Shown here one piece after another: positions 18,440 to 25,967 of a stretch of 32,802 nt of DNA. The notes beneath the pieces are model-generated. The model saw only the letters and a list, made by a program, of their open reading frames with translations, had not been told where the DNA came from and made no database searches. The stretch is from an uncultured Terriglobus sp. (lineage in GTDB: Bacteria; Acidobacteriota; Terriglobia; Terriglobales; Acidobacteriaceae). The DNA is taken from NCBI GenBank assembly GCA_937859825.1, contig CALMAP010000021.1, positions 3,942-36,743 of the forward strand, given 5' to 3'. A program made the position numbers and the translations under genes. The stretch's first letter is position 1, and every line of letters starts with the position of its first letter.

Positions 18440-18486
18440 TCCATCTCTCCTGCTGGCGCTGCCGTTTCGCGCGGTGAGGAGGCGGA

Positions 18487-20997
18487 ATGGCTCTGCTTGA
18501 TCTGAAATTTGCGTGGCGGCAGTTGCGGCGGTCGCCTGTGTTTTCTGCAACGGCAGTCCTTACGCTGGCGCTTGGCATAGGCGTTACCACGGCGGTGTAC
18601 AGCATTGCACGTGAGGTGCTCCTGGCGCCGCTGCCTTTCCCTGAGCCGCAGCGGCTGGTGGGCCTCGACTTTCAGTTTCCCGGGGAGACACCTTCGACGA
18701 ACCAGGTGGGTACGGCAGCGGACTTTCTGATGCAGTACAGCCGCAGCTACAAGTCGTTCGGCGTATCCGATGGCGCAGCGACCGGGGCGAACCTGGCCAT
18801 CGTAAATGGCGCAGGGGAGAGTACGACCGGAACGCACGCGTTTCCCGCGCGGCAGTTGCGCATCTCTCAAGGATTTCTGCCAACGCTTGGCATTCAGCCG
18901 ATGCTTGGGCGCAACTTTACCGCAGAAGAAGATACCTACAACGGGCCATCCGCCGTCATCCTGAACGATCGCTTTTGGAAAAACCAGTTTGGCGGCGATC
19001 CACATGTGCTGGGCAGGCTTGTGCGTGTGGACGGCCGCGACCTGCCCGTGGTGGGCGTGCTTCCCGAAGGCGCGCTGGCCGACCTGAACGGCGGCACCGG
19101 AGAAGCCGGGCCAGCGGACGTGTGGCTGCCGCGACAGTTGAGCGTGCACGATCCGGGCTATGAGGGCAACAACTATCAGATGATCGCCCGCCTGCGCGAC
19201 GGTGTTTCACTGGCTCAGGCGCGGGGCGAGTTGAAAGCGCTGCTGCCGCGGTTTGCTGCGCAAAATCCCTGGTACTTTCGCTGGAAGACGCCGAACGGCA
19301 CGTTGAACGAAATGCGCGCATGGCCCTTGCAGGCTGCCCTGACAGGGGACGTGCGCAGCAGCCTCCTTGCGCTGATCGGCGCGGTCACCATGGTGCTGCT
19401 GGTGGCTTGCCTGAACCTTGCCGGACTCATGGCATCGCGTGCGACCTCGCGCATTCGTGAGCTTGCGGTGCGCAGCGCGCTTGGAGCGAGCCGCGGCAGG
19501 CTCGTTCGTCTGGTGCTCGCGGAGGGACTTCTGCTCGCCATCACCGGAGCGTTGCTGGGAATGATGGTGGCGCAAGCCGCCGTGCGCGCGGCGTATGCAT
19601 TCGCGCCCATCCCCCTGCCGCACTTCCACGCAGAGGCGACGCCGCTTCCCCTTGCCGCGGCTGCAATCGTGCTGGCACTTGGCAGCATGCTGGGCTTCTC
19701 CCTTGTGCCCATGTTGCTGGTGCTGCGCCGTGATGTGAATGAGAACCTGCGGGATTCCGGCTCGCAGGGTCAGTCGCGCAGCCTGCAGCGTGGCAGCCGG
19801 GCGCTGATCGTTGGGCAGGTGTGCATCGCCTTCGTTCTGCTCTGTACCGCGTCGCTGTTCTGGAGTCTGCTGCTCAAAATGCGCTCCACCGCGCTGGGTG
19901 TGGACACGAAGCGGATCACGGTCGCGCAGGTCACCCTGAAAGGTGACGCCTACGCGGATGCGCAGCACACCACGCAGTTTGTCGATCGCGTCCTGCATGA
20001 TCTGGAGCATGGGCCCGGAGTTTCCGGAGTGGGCGCGGTGAATGGTCTGCCACTTGATCGCGGTTTGAACATCAGCGGCTGGCCCGTGGGCCGCAATGAG
20101 CAGCGCCGCACGATCGAAGCCCGGTTTGTAAGCCCTGCCTACCTGACCACCATGGGCATTACGCTTCTGCAGGGGCGCACCTTCGGCGCACAGGATGTTG
20201 CGGAGTCTCCGCGCGTAGCTGTGGTCAGTGAAGCTGCTGCAAAGCGATGGTGGCAAGGCCAGTCATCCATTGGGCAACGTATCAACGTGGGCAACGAGAC
20301 CGAGTACGAGATCGTGGGCGTGGTGCGTGATACGCACGAGCGTTCGCTGATGGACACGCCTGGCATTCTCGTCTACGTTCCGCTCACACAGGTGACCGAC
20401 CGCTTCATGAAGATTCTGAATGGCTGGTTCCCGACCACATTCGTGGTGCGCGCAGCGGCGGGGGTGGACACGGCAACGGCCCTCCGCCTTGCGGTAGCGC
20501 GAGCCGATGCGGATCTACCCGTGATGAAGCTCACCACGATGCAGTCCATCGTCGATCACAGCACGGCTCCGCTGCAGTTCTTCTCCTGGCTTTCAGGCGC
20601 ATTCGCCGGGTTCACGGTGCTGCTTGCCACGCTGGGCCTCTTTGGCCTGCTGAGTTACCAGGTGGTGCAGCGCACGCGGGAGATCGGCATCCGCATGGCG
20701 CTTGGTGCGACGCGCGGCGGGGTACTGCGCTCGGTACTGCAACGCGGCTTGGTGCTTACGCTCTTTGGGCTCGCGCTGGGTGCCATCGCGGTTACGCAGA
20801 TGCCGCGACTGCTCGGGCCGTTTTTTTCGCAGTACGTCTTCGTAGGTGCGCCGAAGGTCGACATCGGCGCGGCACAACAGCTTGGGGCGTCAGCGGCGGC
20901 AGTGCTTGCATTGCTTGTTGCTGCAGCTCTTGCGAGCCTTCTCCCCGGCAAGCGCGCGGCGAGTGTGGAGCCGGTGCTGGCCTTACGGGCAGAGTAG
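18487..20997 (+). CDS. ABC transporter permease, duplicated MacB-PCD/FtsX architecture (ADOP type); no adjacent ATPase
   Basis: DLKFAWRQLRRSP, LTLALGIG, LLVACLNLAGL...RELAVRSALGA, second half QRTREIGIRMALGA, ends ALRAE. Confidence 0.93.
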   Translation: MALLDLKFAWRQLRRSPVFSATAVLTLALGIGVTTAVYSIAREVLLAPLPFPEPQRLVGLDFQFPGETPSTNQVGTAADFLMQYSRSYKSFGVSDGAATGANLAIVNGAGESTTGTHAFPARQLRISQGFLPTLGIQPMLGRNFTAEEDTYNGPSAVILNDRFWKNQFGGDPHVLGRLVRVDGRDLPVVGVLPEGALADLNGGTGEAGPADVWLPRQLSVHDPGYEGNNYQMIARLRDGVSLAQARGELKALLPRFAAQNPWYFRWKTPNGTLNEMRAWPLQAALTGDVRSSLLALIGAVTMVLLVACLNLAGLMASRATSRIRELAVRSALGASRGRLVRLVLAEGLLLAITGALLGMMVAQAAVRAAYAFAPIPLPHFHAEATPLPLAAAAIVLALGSMLGFSLVPMLLVLRRDVNENLRDSGSQGQSRSLQRGSRALIVGQVCIAFVLLCTASLFWSLLLKMRSTALGVDTKRITVAQVTLKGDAYADAQHTTQFVDRVLHDLEHGPGVSGVGAVNGLPLDRGLNISGWPVGRNEQRRTIEARFVSPAYLTTMGITLLQGRTFGAQDVAESPRVAVVSEAAAKRWWQGQSSIGQRINVGNETEYEIVGVVRDTHERSLMDTPGILVYVPLTQVTDRFMKILNGWFPTTFVVRAAAGVDTATALRLAVARADADLPVMKLTTMQSIVDHSTAPLQFFSWLSGAFAGFTVLLATLGLFGLLSYQVVQRTREIGIRMALGATRGGVLRSVLQRGLVLTLFGLALGAIAVTQMPRLLGPFFSQYVFVGAPKVDIGAAQQLGASAAAVLALLVAAALASLLPGKRAASVEPVLALRAE

Positions 20998-21004
20998 CAC
21001 TCGT

Positions 21005-21190
21005 TTATGCGTGGCAGCGGACCTCACGGCTTACCAGCATGTCCGAGACGGAGCTTGCGAAGGCGAGTGTGACCACGGCGAGGCCGGTCGCCATGTTGGC
21101 ACGCAGGCCCTTGCGGTCAATCTGACGGGCGGCGCGACGAAGCACGGAGGCGATAAAGTTTTCTGCGTAGCTGGAAACGATGTGCGACAT
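21005..21190 (-). CDS. 61-aa hypothetical small protein, third gene of the small-ORF cluster
   Basis: CAGGAG SD before the ATG; basic amphipathic segment then a hydrophobic stretch; stops 7 nt from the convergent permease stop. Confidence 0.6.
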   Translation of the reverse strand: MSHIVSSYAENFIASVLRRAARQIDRKGLRANMATGLAVVTLAFASSVSDMLVSREVRCHA

Positions 21191-21236
21191 GGTGACTGCT
21201 CCTGGGAAGAAAGTTTGCGGTGCTGTGTGGTTCGGT

Positions 21237-21329
21237 TTACGCGGCGTCGCCGCTGCCGAGGAATGTCGTGATCAGGTAGGGCGTCACGACCATGGCGAAG
21301 AACGAGGCGGTCATAAAGAAGCTGTGCAT
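21237..21329 (-). CDS. 30-aa single-TM small protein MHSFFMTASFFAMVVTPYLITTFLGSGDAA
   Basis: GAAAGGA SD before the ATG; gap-free paralog of 21380-21472. Confidence 0.7.
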   Translation of the reverse strand: MHSFFMTASFFAMVVTPYLITTFLGSGDAA

Positions 21330-21379
21330 GGCGTTGGTCCTTTCCAGTTCTGTGTTGAAGCTGTTCGTGAAAGCGTCGC

Positions 21380-21472
21380 TTAGGCGGCGTCTGCGCTGGC
21401 CACGTGGGAGGCGACAAAGCAGGGAGCGAGCAACATGAGAATGAAGGCAGCGGCGGTAAGCAGATCGTGCAT
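21380..21472 (-). CDS. 30-aa single-TM small protein MHDLLTAAAFILMLLAPCFVASHVASADAA
   Basis: GAAAGGA SD before the ATG; same length as the downstream paralog with 10/30 identities. Confidence 0.72.
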   Translation of the reverse strand: MHDLLTAAAFILMLLAPCFVASHVASADAA

Positions 21473-21711
21473 GGCAGTGGATCCTTTCAGAGTTTTGCAG
21501 GCCTGACTGCTCCTGCTCACACACTGAATATCTGCCGAACCGCGTGGGTCTGCTATGCCACTTGGGCAGTGATATCGGCTATCGTTGGCGGCACGAGAGG
21601 GTGCGGACGGGCCATGGAGGCGGAGCATCCGATGGAGTGATTGCTCCCACGTTCAGGGCTGTCTCTTGCACGGGTGGGTTGGTTCGGTGGCTCGAGTTGG
21701 GAGGCAATGAG

Positions 21712-21782
21712 GAAAGCGCACCTCAGCGGCTGAGCCGCGTCTTGAGGCAGACCTCTGCGGCATTGCTGAGCAATGCGCTTCC
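21712..21782. repeat. Degenerate REP-like element (CCTCAGCGGCT.AGCCG type)
   Basis: AAGCGCA...TGCGCTT outer arms enclosing two short palindromes, GCGGCT-g-AGCCGC and GCATTGCT-g-AGCAATGC. Confidence 0.5.
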
Positions 21783-21862
21783 GGATGCGAGTCTACTTTG
21801 ACTACCTAGAGTGGGATGACCTCTTGGTGTGACGCAATGGCAAGGCGGGTGAAGTGGCTACA

Positions 21863-23890
21863 ATGGTCGATGTGTTGAAGACCTCGGGCCAGAGGGCCAC
21901 TCTGTCGAAGCGTTCTCTGGAAGCCGGACGGCCTTCGTGGTCCTGGCGCTCTGTAGGTTGTGCCGCGCTTTGCTTGCCTGCGGTGCTGTTGACGGGCTGT
22001 CCGCAGCAGGGTGCGCCGGTAAAAGCACCCGCGCAGAAGACGGCCCCGGCATTGCCCGCTACCATCGGCGCGAACGCGGTCAATGCGCAACAGCCCATTG
22101 CGAACACCGAGCAATCGCGCAAGGTGCAGGCGCTGATGCAGCAGGTAGATAAGAGCTACAACAGCGGCGTGCAAAACTACCGCAGCGGCAGGCTTGACGC
22201 GGCTCGACTCGATTTCGACTATGCCGTTGACCTGATGCTGACCAGCGGCATCGACATCAAGAACGACGCCACGCTGAACGAAGAGTTCGAGCGCACCGTG
22301 AATGCGGTGAACGCGCTGGAAATGGATGCGCTCAAGCAGGGGAATGGCTTCAGCCCCAAGACAGAAGAGACACCGCTGGAGAGCGCGGGTGACCTGACCT
22401 TTCCACCCGATGCCGCACTTGCAGCGCGTTTGAGCAAGGAGCTCAACACAACATCGGACCTGCCGCTCGTCATCAACGACACCGTTGCCGGCTACATCAA
22501 CGGGTATGCAAACTCGTCCTCGTTCAACGCGCACATGCGTCGCTCACTGGAGCGCGCGGGCCGGTATCGCGGCTACATCCAGCAGGTGCGGAAAGAAGAG
22601 GGTGTGCCGCAGGACCTGATCTACCTTGCCGTTGCCGAGTCCGGCTTTCAGTTGCAAGTGGTGAATGCAAGCAGCGGCGCAGGCGGCATGTGGCAATTCA
22701 TGCCCACGGGTGCGTATGGCCTGGCGCGCAACGGATACTTCGATGAGCGCTTCGATCCGGAGAAGAGCTCCCGCGCCTACGCGCGTTACATCAAGCAGCT
22801 CTACAACCAGTTCGGCGACTGGTACCTGGCGATGGCGGCATACGACTGGGGCCCGGGCAATGTGCAGCGCGCGGTGATGCGTACGGGCTATGCGGACTAC
22901 TGGGAGCTGTACCGCCGCAATGCCATGCCACGCGAGACGCGCAACTACGTTCCGCAGATTCTTGCAGCCATCATCATGGCGAAGAACCCCACGCGCTACG
23001 GCCTTGACCGCGTGATGGCCGACTCGCCGATCGAGCTCGAAACGGTGCCGGTGGACTACGCGATGGACCTGCGTCTGGTGGCGGACGTGACCGGCAGTAC
23101 GCTGGCCAACATCGTCTCGCTGAACCCGGCCCTGCTGCGTCTCAACACGCCGTCGGGCATCCGCTACGACCTGCATATTCCCAAGGGCACCACGGCAGAC
23201 TTCAACACACGCATCGCCGCCATCCCGGTAGAGAAGCGCGCATCGTGGCGCTTCCATGAGGTGCGTACGGGCGAGTCGCTCGACCAGGTGGCGCAACTGT
23301 TCCACGTGAGCGCGCACGACATTCGCGTGGCCAACGACCTTGAAGATACGGACCCGGTGGGCGAGGGCGACGAGCTTGTCGTGCCGGTGTACAGCGCGAC
23401 CACCGCGTCCACGCGGCACCTGCAGTACACGGCGCAGTCGGGTGATTCTCTGATCACCATTGCGGACCGCTTCAACGTATCCACCGAAGAGCTGCGGTCA
23501 TGGAACCATCTGGACACCACCGCAGTGGATCCCGGCACAACGCTGTATGTCTCGGAGCCGGTGCGCCTGCCTCCCGCCGGCCGCGGTCACGTGCGAGGCC
23601 GCGGCCGTTCTTATAATGCGGTACGAGGCCGTGGCCACGCATCGCGTGGCCGTGCAGGCCATGGTGGAAGCGTCGCCGCGACACGCTCATCGCGAGGTGC
23701 TTCACGAGGCAGTGTTATGGGCCGCGGATCAAGTCGAGGTGCCGCTGCAGCATCGCGCGGCAGCGGTTCTGGTACGCGCGGAGCGGCGTCTCATTCGTCG
23801 AGCGCACGCACGGCTGGATCGCTCCGTTCTGGCAGCAGGACTGCTGCGCACGCGGCATCTTCCGGTAGTGCGAAGCGTCGACGGCGTTGA
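21863..23890 (+). CDS. mltD: LysM-containing lytic transglycosylase (MltD-like) lipoprotein
   Basis: Lipobox-like LLTGC; SLT motifs LAVAESG, AGGMWQF, AAYDWG, ETRNYV; LysM repeats; basic C-terminal tail. Start uncertain (21863 or GTG 21872). Confidence 0.88.
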   Translation: MVDVLKTSGQRATLSKRSLEAGRPSWSWRSVGCAALCLPAVLLTGCPQQGAPVKAPAQKTAPALPATIGANAVNAQQPIANTEQSRKVQALMQQVDKSYNSGVQNYRSGRLDAARLDFDYAVDLMLTSGIDIKNDATLNEEFERTVNAVNALEMDALKQGNGFSPKTEETPLESAGDLTFPPDAALAARLSKELNTTSDLPLVINDTVAGYINGYANSSSFNAHMRRSLERAGRYRGYIQQVRKEEGVPQDLIYLAVAESGFQLQVVNASSGAGGMWQFMPTGAYGLARNGYFDERFDPEKSSRAYARYIKQLYNQFGDWYLAMAAYDWGPGNVQRAVMRTGYADYWELYRRNAMPRETRNYVPQILAAIIMAKNPTRYGLDRVMADSPIELETVPVDYAMDLRLVADVTGSTLANIVSLNPALLRLNTPSGIRYDLHIPKGTTADFNTRIAAIPVEKRASWRFHEVRTGESLDQVAQLFHVSAHDIRVANDLEDTDPVGEGDELVVPVYSATTASTRHLQYTAQSGDSLITIADRFNVSTEELRSWNHLDTTAVDPGTTLYVSEPVRLPPAGRGHVRGRGRSYNAVRGRGHASRGRAGHGGSVAATRSSRGASRGSVMGRGSSRGAAAASRGSGSGTRGAASHSSSARTAGSLRSGSRTAAHAASSGSAKRRRR

Positions 23891-24042
23891 TACGGCACCG
23901 CCTCGATACGCTTTAAGAAAAAAGCGCGCGACAGGCAAAAGTTCTGCTTGCCATTGCACAGTATGCGGTGCACCATATTGCTGTATTCCATGCGGTCGTT
24001 TTGTTGCATCCTATGGGGCATCGCAAGCTGGAGGGGAACACC

Positions 24043-25218
24043 ATGCCGTACGAAGACGAAGACCTGAAGCTATATGCCGCGCCCGCTGATGAAGACGAGG
24101 ATATCGACGACGAGGATGATGACGACGACGATGAGGACCTTGACGATGACGACGAGGATGAAGCGGACGAGGTGCCCACCACCTCGGACGCTGACGAGGA
24201 GGACGACGAGGATGACGACGACACCCTCGACGACGAAGAAGACGACATCGACGATGAAGACGATGCCGATGACCAAAAGCTGAACGCTGAAGGCAATGAC
24301 CCCATGTTGCGTGGGGAACACCATCCGGAGCCGGCGACGCTGTATGCGGCGCCCTCCAGCCAGGTGGATCCCTACACCCCTCCTGATCGTGAGTCTGGCG
24401 AGCCGGAGCAGAACCCTGCTGAGACTACGCTGGAAGACGCTCCTGCATTCAGCGAAAGCTTCTCTATCGAAAAAGAAGCATCTGCCACCTCTGCTACAAC
24501 GGCAGGGGATGGCGGCCCCGGCCCTGCTGCAGCGAAGAAGTCCGCAGCGAAGAAGACCCCGGCGAAATCTGCGGCAAAGAAGGCAACTAAGTCCGCCGCG
24601 GTGAAAGCTCCCCCGGTGAAGTCGGCCGCTAAGAAGGCACCTGCGAAAGAAGCCGCGGCGAAGAGTGCTCCTGCCAAGGTGCCTGCGAAGAAAGCTCCCG
24701 CGAAAAAAGTTCCGGCAAAGAAGGTCGCCGCCAGCAAGCCAGCGAGTAAGACTCCGGCTCCAAAGACGGCAGGCAAGGTTTCCGCGGTGAGCAAGTCCGC
24801 GAAGAACGCACCCAAAGCAGTGAAAACGGCGCAGAAGAAGGCGGCGAGTAAAGCTGTCAAGGGTACAACGAAGTCTGCCACGAAGAAGCCGGTCACGGCA
24901 GTTCGTGGTGGCAAGGCCACCAGCAGTAAGGTGACCCAATCCACGCAACGAGGTAAGACGGTGGCAACCAAGAAGGCCGCAACTCCTGCCAAGAAGACCA
25001 CGGCAAAGACGGCTGCAAAGACGTCCACGGCCAAGACTGCAGCGAAGAAGACCGCGCCTGCCAAGAAGACCACAACCAAGACAGCAGCCAAGAAGACCGC
25101 GCCTGCGAAGAAGACCACGGTCAAGACCGCAGCCAAGAAGACCACGGCAGCGAAGAAGACCACAACCAAAACTGCAGCCAAGAAGACCACGGCAGCAGCA
25201 AAGAAGACCAGCAAGTAA
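24043..25218 (+). CDS. Low-complexity protein with an N-terminal Asp/Glu tract and a C-terminal histone-H1-like (AAKK/PAKK/KKT) region
   Basis: GAGGGG SD before ATG 24043; 391 aa; synonymous variation among the repeats supports coding on +; strong terminator downstream. Confidence 0.8.
   Translation: MPYEDEDLKLYAAPADEDEDIDDEDDDDDDEDLDDDDEDEADEVPTTSDADEEDDEDDDDTLDDEEDDIDDEDDADDQKLNAEGNDPMLRGEHHPEPATLYAAPSSQVDPYTPPDRESGEPEQNPAETTLEDAPAFSESFSIEKEASATSATTAGDGGPGPAAAKKSAAKKTPAKSAAKKATKSAAVKAPPVKSAAKKAPAKEAAAKSAPAKVPAKKAPAKKVPAKKVAASKPASKTPAPKTAGKVSAVSKSAKNAPKAVKTAQKKAASKAVKGTTKSATKKPVTAVRGGKATSSKVTQSTQRGKTVATKKAATPAKKTTAKTAAKTSTAKTAAKKTAPAKKTTTKTAAKKTAPAKKTTVKTAAKKTTAAKKTTTKTAAKKTTAAAKKTSK
25039..25209 (+). 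repeat. Coding 45-bp tandem repeat (AAKKTAPAKKTTxKT), three copies plus a partial one
   Basis: Units begin GCAGC(G/C)AAGAAGACC at 25039, 25084, 25129 and 25174. Confidence 0.85.
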
Positions 25219-25272
25219 GACCGCACCACAGGCAATCCGTTCTGGAAGCAGCACGGCGTAGTTCAGGCAAGT

Positions 25273-25312
25273 AAAAAGGCCCGGCACCTCAATTGAGGTA
25301 CCGGGCCTTTTT
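25273..25312. terminator. Bidirectional intrinsic terminator
   Basis: AAAAAGGCCCGGCACCTC-AATT-GAGGTACCGGGCCTTTTT between convergent genes. Confidence 0.9.
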
Positions 25313-25331
25313 GCGTCTGCCTGCTTTGCCG

Positions 25332-25886
25332 CTATGCCTTCTTCATCGATTCGATGGCGGCAATCACTTCTTCGCTGTGGCTGGCTGGTTTCACATCCGG
25401 CCATACCTTCACCACTTTGCCCGCGGGCGAAATCAGGTAAGTCACGCGGGATGCGAACTTGTTGGCGCCGAAGCTCTTGACGGGAACGCCGTACTCGTCG
25501 ATCACCTTGTGTTCGGGATCGGCAAGCAGCTTAAAGGTCAGGTTCTCCTTGGTGCAAAAAACCTTGTGGCTGTCGGCTGTGTCAAGAGAAACGCCGAGCA
25601 CGGCCGCATTCAGAGCATCGTACTTCGCCTGGTCACGCTGAAAATTGTGGGCTTCCAGGGTGCATCCGCTGGTCATGTCCTTGGGATAGAAGTACAGCAC
25701 AACCCACTTGCCCTTGTAGTCCTTCAAAGAGACCTGCTTCTCTTCCTGTGAGGAGAGGCTAAAGGCCGGTGCGTTGGTGCCGGGCTCAAGCAGGCCTTCG
25801 GCAGCGGCCGCCATGGCGTGCTTTGCGGTAAAGAAACTGGCGAAAATTGCGAGGACGAGCATCGTCCAAAGACCGAAGCGCTGCAT
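25332..25886 (-). CDS. bcp: Peroxiredoxin Bcp/PrxQ family with signal peptide
   Basis: VVLYFYPKDMTSGCTLEA, GVSLD, LLAD, RVTYLI; N-terminal signal peptide; GGAGG SD. Confidence 0.88.
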   Translation of the reverse strand: MQRFGLWTMLVLAIFASFFTAKHAMAAAAEGLLEPGTNAPAFSLSSQEEKQVSLKDYKGKWVVLYFYPKDMTSGCTLEAHNFQRDQAKYDALNAAVLGVSLDTADSHKVFCTKENLTFKLLADPEHKVIDEYGVPVKSFGANKFASRVTYLISPAGKVVKVWPDVKPASHSEEVIAAIESMKKA

Positions 25887-25967
25887 GGGTAGAACCTCCG
25901 TGAGCTTGCCTGTTCAGTATAAGTACAGCGGGTCAGCAGGGTGAGCGAGTCGGCAAATCAGCGATGA

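Noticed and set aside
18437-18445. GCATC motif upstream of the ADOP permease as part of the GCATCnnAT set
   Set aside because: Better explained as the TTGCA -12 box of the sigma54 promoter.
3301-20256. Long antisense ORFs (e.g. 3301-4503, 12823-13854, 14575-15621, 15970-17022, 19207-20256)
   Set aside because: Typical shadow frames of high-GC genes, lying opposite well-supported CDSs.
21528-21579. Sigma28 (FliA)-like -10 elements GCCGATAT/GCAGATAT upstream of the small-protein cluster
   Set aside because: No TAAA -35 at the required spacing; too weak to call.
5963-22590. Isolated substitutions at usually conserved residues (GlyA TVTKN vs TVNKN, SplB CPAPC vs CPAHC, MltD QVRKEE vs QVLKEE)
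   Set aside because: Each is a single A>C or T>G change, consistent with base-call error. Not interpretable without reads.
25039-25209. CRISPR-like array
   Set aside because: In-frame coding tandem repeats with no unique spacers and no cas genes.
24070-25404. 444-aa and 287-aa minus-strand ORFs
   Set aside because: Antisense shadows of the low-complexity Lys/Ala repeat gene, which has the SD, terminator and synonymous variation.
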